From Trichoplax adhaerens (taxonomy: Eukaryota; Animalia; Placozoa), in contig NW_002060943.1 of NCBI RefSeq assembly GCF_000150275.1, positions 1,726,832 to 1,790,831 of the forward strand: a DNA stretch of 64,000 nt, read 5' to 3'. Positions 52,101 to 64,000 of the stretch are shown one piece after another. A program made the translations under genes and the position numbers. Below the pieces are notes generated by a model that had not been told where the DNA came from, did not search any database, and worked only from the letters and a program-made list of their open reading frames with translations. Each line of letters opens with the position of its first letter. Within the stretch, counting starts at the first letter, position 1.

Positions 52101-54720
52101 TATTTACGGTGATGATAACAATGTAGTTTACGAACCCTTTAGATTTAATATGGCTTCTATCATTTATGCAGATATTTCCTATTTGTGGACAATATTAATG
52201 GTATCCAGATTTATTCCTACGAGGTAATCTATTATTAAAGTATTTCAGATTATTAGTGTTTAGAAGGTCAGATCCTTATTTCAAAGCATCTTAATACATT
52301 TAGTTACCTAATATTCATCCAAATAATACGAAAACTTCATATTCATATTTGATGATTTCTGTTTTAGGGAAGATTAGTTTCATCACCAAAACTGATTGGA
52401 GTGCGTACAGATCTACTAAATAAGCATACTGTGTCATTAAGCAATGATACATTAGCGGTTAGAGATGTCAAAGATGAGCGGCGTAAGAATTTCAATCATT
52501 GCTGAAAATAATTCTGCTTATTAGGATATTGCTAATGAGAGTACCGATAGTCTAACATTTCAAATTTTTCATTTCTCAATATATGAAGTAATTTATTTAT
52601 TCGAGACCGCCAGTGGGAAAGCTGTAGGCTCTGGCAAACCGATACAACATCAGGTTTAGTTTACTAATTGATCTAATTACAAATTGATAGTAGGCAGTAA
52701 CTTTTAATAATATGAAATGTTTTAAATTTTGTGAGGAATTTATATTCGATTTAGCTGTAAATTCTCTGTTGCTATTAAAGAGAGAAGTAGAAATGAAATT
52801 TTTACTACGTATGGATATTGATAAATAAAAATTTCGCTATCAAACTCTTAGTTGGAAATAATTGAGACCTGTCTTGACCAATGTGGTCCTGCTATGGAAC
52901 GCCAACTCGCTATCATAGATAAAAATAGAGATGTTTATTTAGCCAAGGTTCGACGATCAGAAGCGGCATTCATCAAACTAGGTAAGCCAATATACGACGA
53001 CTTTTATTTACATTATGAGCGAAATCATAATACTGCATAAAGTATAAACGCAACATTTCTAAGTCGCACTATAGTAGCTATACCTAGATTTCTTAATATT
53101 TAATTCACAGGTACTATGGTATCCTCATTGGCATGGAATGATGCTTGTAATATGTTAGCGGCAATTCAAGATAATCACTTTACCATTTGGTATTATCCAA
53201 GTGTTGTCTACGCTGATCGCGATATTCTTCATTTAACACAGTACGAAAAAAACGCCAGGTAACTAATTAAATATTTAATACAATTGTACCGGTACTAGAT
53301 GATGTTTAGCTAACTTAACCAATGTTTAATGTCAATTATCACGATTAATATATTACTAATTCTATCAAAAACGATGAATAATATTGTGGATTAACGACCT
53401 AAAGCGAATTCGGTAAGAGTCCACAAATTTTAAGTTTCGCTGATAATTACTGCGTAATGAGAAGAGCCGATGGAGCAGTTGTCACTACGTGGTAAGACTA
53501 CTATTTGTACTATAGGATTATTACTTGTATAATTACTAACTAGAATAGAATCGTATTTTAAAATAGCCATTTACAAATGTTAACATTACTTTCTATTAGC
53601 ACATCTCCTTATCCGGCAGTGCTGCATGAATATGCTAACAAAAACAGATGGGCAGATGCTGTTAAGTTATGCCGATTTATCAAGGTTATCGTTATAGCTA
53701 TTCAATCACTTTTTATTTCTTTATAAAAGATTTCATATTGGAAAATTAGAGATAAGGAATGTGAAATCAAATATTAGAATTATTTAATAAAATTCGATAT
53801 TATTCTTATCTACAATCATAGGATCCGGCGATGTGGGCATGTCTAGCTGCCATGTCCGCCTATGCTAAAGATTTAAGCACAGCTGAAATCGCCTATGCTG
53901 CAATTGATGAGGTATTTAGTCGCTATTAAGTCAATTGAGAATACTATGGAATGCGCCATTTGTTTTATAGCAATTACTTATCTCTAAGATTTTATGTATT
54001 TAGGTGGATAAAGTACAATATATTACATATATCAAAGATATTCCATCGCGTGAAGGCCGCAATGCTGCCATGGCATTATTCTGCAGACAATCGGCTGAAG
54101 CTGAAAGTATCTTATTGCAAGCTGGATTAATATATCGCGCTATTGAAATGCATATTAATAACCATAATTGGGAAAGGTAAAAAAAATTGCCGACGTCAAA
54201 AATAGAGGATAATTTAGCGCTGAATTCGCAGCTAAATCCCATTTTTGGATTTATTTTATGCAACAGGGCCCTAGATCTGGCAATCAAGAATAAAACGCAT
54301 GTCGATACGGTATTGGCATTTCGTCAAAAGTATCTGTCCAAACTTAAGCGGCAGGAAACTGATAAAAAATTTGCAAAATATGCTCAAGAAGTTAGTCGCC
54401 ATATGATAATTATTCAGATAGATTGATTTTACGTACGGTAATATAGAATTGGAGGCCATCTTATGCTAACCAGCCAAATTAAGTAGATACGAACATATTG
54501 TAGAATAATGTAATCATTTCTTCTGTATATATAATATGTTTTATATGTATTGATTGCTTCGTTATTAAATTGTTTTCTTGCAATCTTACTTGACTTTTAT
54601 TATATTTTAATTTATAAAATGTTTGTATAGGTCACCATCGACTGGGAGAAAATTAATGCTAAAATTGAAAATGAACTACAGAAAGAAAAGGAAAGACCTA
54701 CCACTACAAAACGAAAATAA
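49127..54720 (+). CDS. IFT80: Intraflagellar transport protein 80 (IFT-B, WD40), 25 coding exons
   Basis: Translated exons [12 protein letters not shown]|[145 protein letters not shown]. Stop TAA at 54718-54720. Confidence 0.96.
49164..49439 (+). other. U12-type (minor spliceosome) AT-AC intron, IFT80 coding intron 1
   Basis: 5' end ATATCCTTT; branch-point-like GACTTAAC at 49423-49430, 9 nt before the terminal AC. Removal restores a His codon (C|AT) and the IFT80 frame. Confidence 0.93.
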
Positions 54721-57700
54721 AATTTGAAATATCCAGCCCTATTTGGCTGTAGAAAGATCTTAACATATTGCTAGATACACTTACGATAGGATACATGCGT
54801 ATCATTCGTCAACTTATTTCACCATCATGATATTAAGTTAATAACCATGTCGGTGTTTGTAGTCGCCAGTTATATCTTCTTCTATAATGTAATTAGGGTA
54901 GGTACGCATCTAAATCAGCACAAAATTCTGCTTCTTTACCCGTAATATGAACTTCATGCCCTTGGAGATATATTTATATATAATGTACAGCATTTCAAAT
55001 CATGTACTGCAATTGGACACACTGACAGAATATTGCATTTGTCAATTTATCTCTTATTATTAATACGGAATAATACGTTAGTCTGCAAGGCAGTTTACTG
55101 CACACTTGAATTGATATTAATGCAACATACGTTTAGAAGACTTAAGAAAATTAATAATATTGAAAACTTATGCGAATTTCTTCTAATTTTTTCTTTTATG
55201 AAATGATTCATTATGTTAACCATGAGCAAACGCCTTACCAATTAATATTGTGGTAAAATATGTTAAATTCTACCGAAAAGTGTTTAATAAAGCCAGTAGA
55301 AATATAGCGAATATTTTCATAGGTCATGCATGTTATGCTAACTTTTACAATGGTATATATTACACTCTAATATAAAGGCATACAAGAAGTTTTTAGAAAT
55401 GCATGATATACCATACTAAACTCTGGTATGGAGGTATTTATTGAAATCATATTAATTCACTTCATATATTCCAGTACAAATATATATACAGTTTGCTTAA
55501 ATATGATACCTATTCGGCTTATGAATAAATGAAATCGGTTACTATTTCAGTACCATGACATAAAAAATTTCTAATTTTCCTCAAAAATATGACTAGTTTA
55601 TGCGAACCAGCGGGCACTATGCCTGTATACTTGATCTACTAGAATCTAGTACGAAGGTATCAATTGGAGCCGTTAGGAATATATGATATTAAAGTACTCG
55701 TATGCCAGATACTGTACCGTACAATTCCAATAAAGCTACATGGACACTTTTATCCATCAACAACGAAGGTATTAATTGCAATATGAACCAATTTTAGGTG
55801 GCTAATATCGTTGCAACAGTATTTCTGGTTCGCAGTCCTCAATTTAAATTTGATGATCAACGCAAGGATACTAGTACAGTAGAATTTCGAAATAGTAGAA
55901 TGAGGAAATCAGAGTATTAGTTAGATACACATAATATGATACTTTATTGGACTCGTACTAATACAATTGCTCTAAGCTATACTATTTACAAACAGAACGG
56001 CGATAGATGATTAAAATGTTAGTAAAAATGAGTGCATTTATTGCTAGATTTAATATAATTATTTAAATTACTTAATATTCATAAAGGATAATAGGCAGTA
56101 AATCAAACGAACTGAAATTTCCTGTAGACTTAGGCACTCTAGTGTACAGATAGATTACTGGAAAGAAACTCTGGAGTACGGTGGTCTATATAAATAAAAT
56201 GGCTACTGCTGTAGAGTATCTACGTTAAAACTGTCTTTCGAATAGTGCCTGGAAGAATCTCAGTAAACAGAAACACTAGTACATAGAGGAAATATGAACT
56301 AACTTATATGATACTTATTTTCCGAAACGACTTGAAGAAAGATTTTTAACTGTCAGTAGCTCTTAGCGATCCATATGAATAAATGCGACCATTAATTAGC
56401 TAGAAACAGTAATTCTAATTCACAGATGAGTAAATGAAAAATCAGTAAGTAAAAAAATTGAAAACTGACCATATCAATCTCTTCATGTCGGTATATCATT
56501 ACTTTAAATATAACGGTAACTAAGCAGTAGAAAATTTAGATCATCTGTTATCATCAGCCAAAGCACAATTTCTGCATTAGCTAATAGCAGATCAGCTTAT
56601 AAACGCATCTCTGAAGGCTCTCTATACGCTGTATCTTGATTATACCTTCCTATTAATAATATAGCAATACATCCTGTGCATCCAAAATTTAAAGCTTTAT
56701 GCAAAATACTCTCTAAATGCACATCAAAATTTAAAGCTATAGACAGAGTATTCTGTACGAAAATTTTAATACTTCATCGAGGAATATTCCTGCCACTAAA
56801 ATTAAATGAATAAGTTGCCTGAATTATCGTGCTATTTTGAAGTTGATGGTAATAAAAATAGCGTACATTGTAGGCCATGACTTCTTAGCTGTTAGTACGG
56901 TTTCAATCCGTAATTGAAATATTAAGAAAAATTAGCCCATTAAACCGTATAAGATTATTGAGAATCAGCTCATAAGGATAATTCTACTGTATCTACCCTA
57001 TTGTGACTAAAACACGTTTTTATATTAACTATTATCGCAGTGGCGCGTTTACGGATTCGGAAAATTGACACTATGAAATATTCATCAAAACCAGAAGAGC
57101 CTTCAATATAAATTGATAATGTTTAAATACACGTCATTGGTTTTGAGGAGCACGCTTAAAACTTTGTTTATTCATAGCATCAAGGGTGAGCATATTGACA
57201 CGAAAGCATACTGTCGATTCTCAAGCTAATCTCTATGAATCGACAATAAGATACCTTAATTTTCTATGAATCCATTACTAAGTTCATTATCATGTTTACA
57301 TGAAATTTTTAATGATTTATTTGACTTTAACGATCATTAGCGCTAATGCTATGTATACAAGCTAAAATAATCTCATCAACTATTTACGACATAATATCAC
57401 TGAAAGATTGCATCTGAAAAACTAAATTGGATCATGTCTGCATAATTTAGCAGTTGATCTTCTACATTCTAAAGGAAACAGGTTATACTAACCTATTTAT
57501 TTGCAGTATTTTGCTTTTCTAGGCTTTTTATATGCAAAGTTGTTATTTTGGATATATTCAGATAGATAGGTTTAGTCTTAGTGGATAAATAACAACCTAC
57601 AAAGCCGTATTTGTTTTACCTACCGTATATAATAAACAGACGATTGTAAATAATTTTATGAGACTATGTCAATAAACTAATTACTGGTTTACAAAATCGT

Positions 57701-60306
57701 AATTAATGACTCAAAAGTTAATCCTATAATTCCATCATATAATTATGCTAATGCCTACTTTATGGTTGAAATAATGCGACAGAAAGCATTTATTTGGATG
57801 ATTACGTGACTACGGCCTATCAACATATTCTAGCGTTAAAAATGGATCGAGGACATGTCAAATCAGGTCACAGTCATCTATTATTTTATTAATTTTTACG
57901 AGGAAATAGCGGAATAAATGAACTAATCATGTAATAAACACACTATAGGATTAAATATTTTTATAATCATAATCAGCCCTCCTGTTACCTTAACACCTTT
58001 TCTAAACCTTAATCCTATAGGAAAACGCCATACTTTAAAAAAGGTAAAGTTACATGATCCATTTCATGAAATAGAATGCTGCAATATTAACAAGGGCGAT
58101 ATAATCATCATCTATCCGACGCTCAATCTATCCTACTTCTTGTATCTGTACTATCATCATAGAAGAGCAAGGTCTTGCAGGGCAAACAACTACTGCTATA
58201 TCCTGTTGAGCTAAAAGTTAAAGCTTAACTACATGAGCAAGGGCAATAGGATCATCTCTCACCTCCAATTCACGATCCGTTCTACTATTATCGCATCTAT
58301 GCTTAATTCCACCTGATCATGTGGATGCTTTAGTTGCAATATCCTAATGAGCTAAATTGAGCTTAGGTATATTAACAAGAAAGTGTAGTCATTACCCTAA
58401 ATTTGAGTTCTGCTCATTTATTTATTTTTAATTTATTTCAAATAGAGCTAATTATTAATCAGTGAATTATAAAAACTTGCTTTCGTTTTATTTGATTCAT
58501 ACATAGGAATCCAATACTCTTATTTCTCGTAGTAATTCCTTACTACACTAATTATTTGGTGAGGATCTGGTCTAAAGCTTCATCATCATACTAAACACTA
58601 ACACATCCTAGAATCGCTAAATTCTATATTGAATAGATTAACTTTTTATTGTCTATACAAATGGAAGGCCTTGCTTAGCCATTCCACATTAAATATAAAT
58701 TTAATACAGGACAATCGCCTACCGATGACTATTAAAATTTATGTTATCTATTTTCTGGTAATGTAGGCAAAATGATCACCACTAAATTAAGAGCTAACCT
58801 ATCTTAGTAGACCTTACGTATCAAATAAACGAATCCGTCATATATGCAAAAATATATGTCATGATTAGTTATTCGAAACTAAATATATATTTAATACAAT
58901 TTAAACGTTTGTCGTTAACCATTTTATATATCATGTAACAATTTTGTTGAATAATTGATAACTATACGGCCAAGCTACCTGTACCGTCCTTAAATGCTAA
59001 AACATCTTCTTACGTCTAAATTATATATCAAGAAAATTAATCTGTTGTATATATATACTGTACGTTCGCCGTAACAACAGATAGAACGCCATGATTGCCT
59101 ATTCAATATTGCATATAAACTTAATATACTCCAACTGTCTAACGATGACTCTTTTATTTACGAGTGTATCACGTAACCATTAATTCTATATTAATTATCT
59201 GATGACAATGTGATCAAAAACGTTGGGAAAAATACTAAGTACCATATCTTGCTACGTCTAATAAACAGCCCCATTTAAATTGTGTTAAGTAAATTTTTTA
59301 ATAAGGAAATTAGCTTGTAAGCAAATGTGGTGATGAGGAAGAAAGGATTTAAGTAGTAAATAAGAAGGAAATATAAACGGTACAGGATGGAAATTTCGCG
59401 CAGTTTATAAAGGTTAGAATGAGTCTTCATCATATAGAAATCAGGAATTGTATTGGAAGAATGATAGCAAAATAAAGAACTATGATCGCCGTATACTCTG
59501 GATTTAATATCTATGCTATATATATTAAACAGGTAATGAATAGTATGAAAGTATATTATAAGGTAGTGGCTAAGAGCTCTTCACAAACATGTTTACGAAA
59601 GTGTTCGAGACTAACGAGAGCATTCAAAGAAGATTAATAACCCAAGAATCGAAATAGATATGGCTAAATTTGATATCAAGTAGATTTATATTTTATGATA
59701 AAAATCATTAGGTCATAGAGATCATTGCGATATTGAATTGAAGTTGAATATAGTCGATTTGCTTGACGATAGTCATTTTATCTATCTCTTGCTTCAACTC
59801 ATTTTATGATTAATATTTGATGAAGTTCCGAGCAAAAATATCTTCCCATACTAATTTTCTACCGTATACTCATATACTAGTAGAAGGTCATGGTTATAAA
59901 TTAGAAATGGCCTTAATTAATTTACAGTCTATCTCATTTCTATTTAAGTCATTTTATCCTTATATCATTACAGGTAAAAAGAAATATTTTCACCGCAATG
60001 GATAATATCCGTAAGCAATGTTGATCGCTAGAGCATAATGTGTAATTGAATTCTGACATATCGTCAGTCAGATCTGTTGTCTAATTTATCTGACTTTCAT
60101 GACAATCAATCCTTAATTGTCGCCCATTACCAGCGCTTATTTGATTAAGATTTACATTTTAATCATTCTAATTCAATCATTAAACAAATTATTCGGTAAA
60201 CAGTAAGAGCGGTAAATTGTTGACATAAGGAAAGATAATTGACTTTGATTGGATTAAAATCAATCTTTGAATTAGAATGATCTCCTAATTCGACTCTCTC
60301 AAAGCT

Positions 60307-60313
60307 TATAAAA
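60307..60313 (+). promoter_or_regulatory. TATA box of the lysozyme gene
   Basis: TATAAAA 68 nt upstream of the ATG. Confidence 0.6.
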
Positions 60314-60380
60314 GAGAGAGGAGATTGATTTCTAATTTATATCTAATTCGACTAGCTTAATAGATAGGCTGTCTAGTAAC

Positions 60381-63206
60381 ATGATGAAGTCTGTAATTCT
60401 TTTATCCGCTTTTGTCGCCGTGGGTAAGAATTATTTTACAAGGGTTAAATTTCTTTCTTGATTTCAATTCGTGTTTTCCAACGGGCTATTAGTATTGTAG
60501 AAGAGTTAATTGTGTAAGATACATCTTTTTTCTATACTATTGAGCATGATTAATTAAAATCTTAATATGAATCGAATCCATTACCGCATATAAATTAATG
60601 ATCCTTGCTTTTTTCTCTTAGCTTTTGCCGCACTTAATGACGACTGTAATGCTGGTCAAGGTTCTTGCCAATATGATTCTCAATGTTATACCGGCACTCC
60701 AGCCAGTGGATTATGTCCTTACGATCCCAGTAACGTCAAATGTTGCCCAAAAGTCGGTAAGATATAGCTAGAAATACCATCAATCTCTACCTTTAGGATT
60801 ATTATGCATAGTGTAGTATGAATTGCTACAATTTAAACATTCCGCTGTAACTATGCTGAAGGTTTCTACTTCGCATGACATAAAATTGTACCTACAAGTG
60901 GTTTATTAACCAATTTAAATTGCTCGTGAGCATGCTTTTACAGCAAATGCAGAAATGCCATAACTTACTCTAGAGGGGGTCATCATTTAATGGCTTAGGA
61001 AAAGTAAAAAGGAAATATTTAAAATTAGATTCTATCGTTCATCATCATAATTAATTATTTATTGAATTATGAATTTAAAACCCTAGAATATTTCTATAAC
61101 AGGACTTCCTTTTCCTCATTTTCAATGTTGTAATATCGTTTGTAATCATTAATAATATTAATCCAATTATTGTCCGCAAAAATAGCTTTTTTAGAATTAT
61201 AATAGTTGCTCGTACTACATAGTAATGTAGACTAGCAATTCCATATTTTTTAAGGATATTATCTGCGAAAAAAAGGACCACCAAAATTTATTAACTAAAT
61301 TATTTTCCGCAAATATAACTTTTTTCAGAATCTTAATATTTTGTTATACTTCATTATGATGTAGACTAGCAATTCAATATTTTCAAGCATATTATTTACG
61401 AAAAAATAAAATACAAAAATTATTTACCCAATTACTCATCCGCAAAAAAAAACTTTCTCCAGAATCTTAATAGTCAATTGTGCTCATTACTATGTAAATA
61501 GCAATTCATTATTTTTAAGGGTATTATCTACGAAAAATGGACTACCAAAAATTATTTACACCATTATTCTCCGCAAAGATTACTTTTTCCGTAATCTTAA
61601 TAGTCATTTGTACTTTATCACGATGTAGACTAGTAATTCAATATTTTCAAGCATATTATCTACGGAAAAATAGATTATTTCAAACTCTTTCTAAAATAAT
61701 TTGGCGGATGACTATATCCTGCGTCTATTTCTATCTACTTTAATTGCATTTTCTAAATCATTTAACCAAGATTATCCTTGAATATCGTTCACTTTAGGTC
61801 AAAGCTGTAAAAGTAGCACTGGCAACTGCATGTTGACAACCCATTGCGGTGGTACAACCTATTCTGGCTACTGTCCAGGCCCTTCTAGTGTTCGCTGTTG
61901 CGTCTCCAGTAGCGGTAGTGGCGGTAGCTACCCAACTAAATACGGTGATTTCATGAGAATCAACCCCAGTGGTGCATCATCAGCTACTGCTAGACAAGAT
62001 GGTCTTTCATACTCTGGTGTTGCTGCATCAAACAAATTGGCTTCTAACGATTATAACCGATGTCTCCGATACAAATCACAGTTCCAAAGTGCTAGCTCAA
62101 GCACTCAAATCCCAGTTGGTCTTATCACCGCTATAGCCAGCCGTGAATCTCGTTGTGGTGGTGCTTTAGATTCTAATGGATATGGTGATCATGGTAATGG
62201 ATATGGTTTGATGCAGGTAAATCTAGACGATAGTTATATCATTTAAAATACAGAGTTCTAATTATGATTATTTGCCTATACTCTATAGTTCGTTCATTTC
62301 ATGTGATATCGAGAGATCATGACCTAGTATTTAGATTACAAGATGAGTATAGCAGATTAGCGTTCTTCTATAGAGAATAAAAGTTTCATTAATTTATAGA
62401 CAATCAATGGAATGAAAATAAACCAAATTTTTAGATACGTATGTAGTGTCATGAAGCCAAACCAAAGCTTAAGATCATTTCACGTATCTAGACTATGATC
62501 GCAAAAATTTCTGATTAATTTAAACGTTATAATTCCATTGCATAAGCTTTTAAATATGGAAATAAAGTCATGATACTAAACTTCAAGAGATTATGACTCA
62601 GTGGTTAGATTATATAATAGGCATAGCAGATTTAGCAATCTTCTACAGAGAATAGAGTTTCATTAATTTGCAAAGATAATCCATGAAATAAAAACCAATC
62701 AGATTCTCTCTCGATTCAAATTTTTTATGCAGTAATATGAAATCAAACTAAAGCTTACGATCATTTCTTGTACCTAGACTACGATCGTAAAAATTTCTTA
62801 TTTACTAGGACATTATGTTGCATATGGCTCTAAAATATGGAAATAAATAAGCAGACTAAACAAAAATCTTCTCAAAATAGGTGGATAAAGTCGTATTTGC
62901 TCCTATAATTGTTATTATTTCTTTGAATAGGTCGATAAACGTTATCATTCTCTACAAGGTGGACCATACAGTTCAACTCATATCTCCCAAGCTACTAACA
63001 TTTTGATCAGTTCCATCAACGGTGTTGCTAACAATCATAGATCCTGGACCAAAGAACAACAAATGCAAGGTGGTGTTGCTGCCTATAACTTTGGTGTTAG
63101 CAATGTGCAAAGTATTGGTGGTATGGATATTGGTACTACTGGCAACGATTACTCCAATGATGTCGTTGCTCGTGCTCAATGGTTCCATAATAATGGCTTC
63201 AACTAA
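60381..63206 (+). CDS. Secreted goose-type (GH23) lysozyme with signal peptide and two N-terminal 6-Cys modules, ~290 aa; exons 60381-60423, 60622-60756, 61798-62216, 62931-63206
   Basis: Signal peptide MMKSVILLSAFVAVAFA. G-lysozyme motifs YGDFMRINPSGAS, AIASRESRCG (catalytic Glu), GYGDHGNGYGLMQVDKRYH (both Asp), WTKEQQMQGGVAAYNFG, MDIGTTGNDYSNDVVARAQWF. 873 nt in frame. Confidence 0.96.
61168..61680. repeat. Diverged tandem repeat, ~132-bp unit, ~4 copies, in lysozyme intron 2
   Basis: GTAGACTAGCAATTC-like core near 61227, 61361, 61494 and 61625; TCCGCAAA near each unit start. Confidence 0.85.
62310..62850. repeat. Diverged ~277-bp tandem duplication in lysozyme intron 3
   Basis: Collinear matching blocks (ATAGCAGATT..TTCTA.AGAGAATA..GTTTCATTAATTT; AAAGCTTA.GATCATTTC..GTA.CTAGACTA.GATCG.AAAAATTTCT; AAATATGGAAATAAA) each occur twice. 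Confidence 0.85.
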
Positions 63207-63323
63207 ATACATGTACAACTACTCAGTTTTCTATTCCACTAAAACAGTCAAATACCCTGTCTGAGGTTTAGATTAATTTACTCTTTGTTCTTGATAATAC
63301 TACTTCAATTGTCGTATTTCTAG

Positions 63324-63359
63324 AATAAATGTTTGTATTGGAGTAGATAGTTCAATAAA
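63324..63359 (+). terminator. Polyadenylation signals (two AATAAA) of the lysozyme gene
   Basis: AATAAA at 63324 and 63354, ~120-150 nt after the stop codon. Confidence 0.55.
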
Positions 63360-64000
63360 AGCAATTAGCAACTTCTATCAGTTTGTTTTAATAAATTCTC
63401 CACCTAGTCGAAGTTAGCAGAGCGACTGGTATGTTATACCATAAGGGGAAAATGTAGTAACCTTATACAAGGATCATATCATAAATTTTGATACTCTCGT
63501 ACAGTTGCTTTCTTATGTTGCTGATTAATTCTTAGCTTCTTCTGAAATTTATCGTGTTAGTGATCACTACGATTTTTCAGTAGAAGGATCAAACTCTGGT
63601 GTTATTGTTTACATGCGAGTCTAACTTACTATAAATTTATTCTTACCTTCTTACAACATTAGTATCGATGATATTAGGATTTTGTAGTGAAACATCTGGA
63701 ATTTGATGCTAAGTTCTCCATAGTGGCAATAATACTAGGATTTTAAGTGGAATACCTTGCTTTATCCTGCAGGCTTATTTCACCATCTTACAGTACCGAC
63801 AATTGTCGTCTCTTTTAGAGTTTTTACCGCGAATTTACAAACTCTAATACCATCACTTGCTTCTATTACATGGTTAATCCCACCTCCTTGTATAATAGTA
63901 CTCTTAGTATTAGTAAAGTAGGAAATGGTATTTTGATCTTTAAGCAGCAGCTGTTATTTTTCCTCTATTTTTAAAAATCGGCTTACTGGCTTAGGTTGCA

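Noticed and set aside
58080-58390. Weak ~140-bp diverged duplication (similar short ones at 3120-3220 and 56677-56770)
   Set aside because: Low identity and no evidence of function; not worth separate calls.
63480-63960. Possible minus-strand exons (e.g. HQIPDVSLQNPNIIDTNVVR with a GTAAG donor near 63645; ~55-codon open frame near 63780-63950)
   Set aside because: Could be the 3' end of a gene beyond the window, but I could not build a consistent spliced frame or recognise a protein.

Overview
AT-rich, intron-dense eukaryotic (animal) genomic DNA. The short introns, low repeat content and gene set suggest a placozoan (Trichoplax-like); this is inference only. I reconstructed six spliced protein-coding genes by hand. 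(1) Zic C2H2 transcription factor (-, 9945-14771), 3 coding exons, flanked by gene-free DNA of about 9 kb downstream and 15 kb upstream. (2) WDR44/Rab11BP (-, 30310-37498). (3) An RRM + RGG/Tyr-rich RNA-binding protein of the RBMX/CIRBP/RBM3 family (+, 40477-42669). (4) A stand-alone nitrobindin/THAP4-like heme beta-barrel (-, 46492-48287). (5) IFT80 (+, 49127-54720). (6) A secreted goose-type (GH23) lysozyme with two tandem beta-defensin-like 6-Cys modules (+, 60381-63206). Notable features: an AT-AC U12-type first intron in IFT80; a GC-AG intron at the conserved Zic ZF3/ZF4 position; candidate poison exons in the RNA-binding protein gene; a recurrent ACAGTAC/GTACTGT motif clustered at promoters; a very degenerate non-LTR retrotransposon RT relic; several local tandem repeats and hairpins; and apparent ancient linkage matching human Xq (ZIC3, RBMX, WDR44) and 3q (ZIC1/4, IFT80). 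No rRNA, tRNA or CRISPR features were seen.
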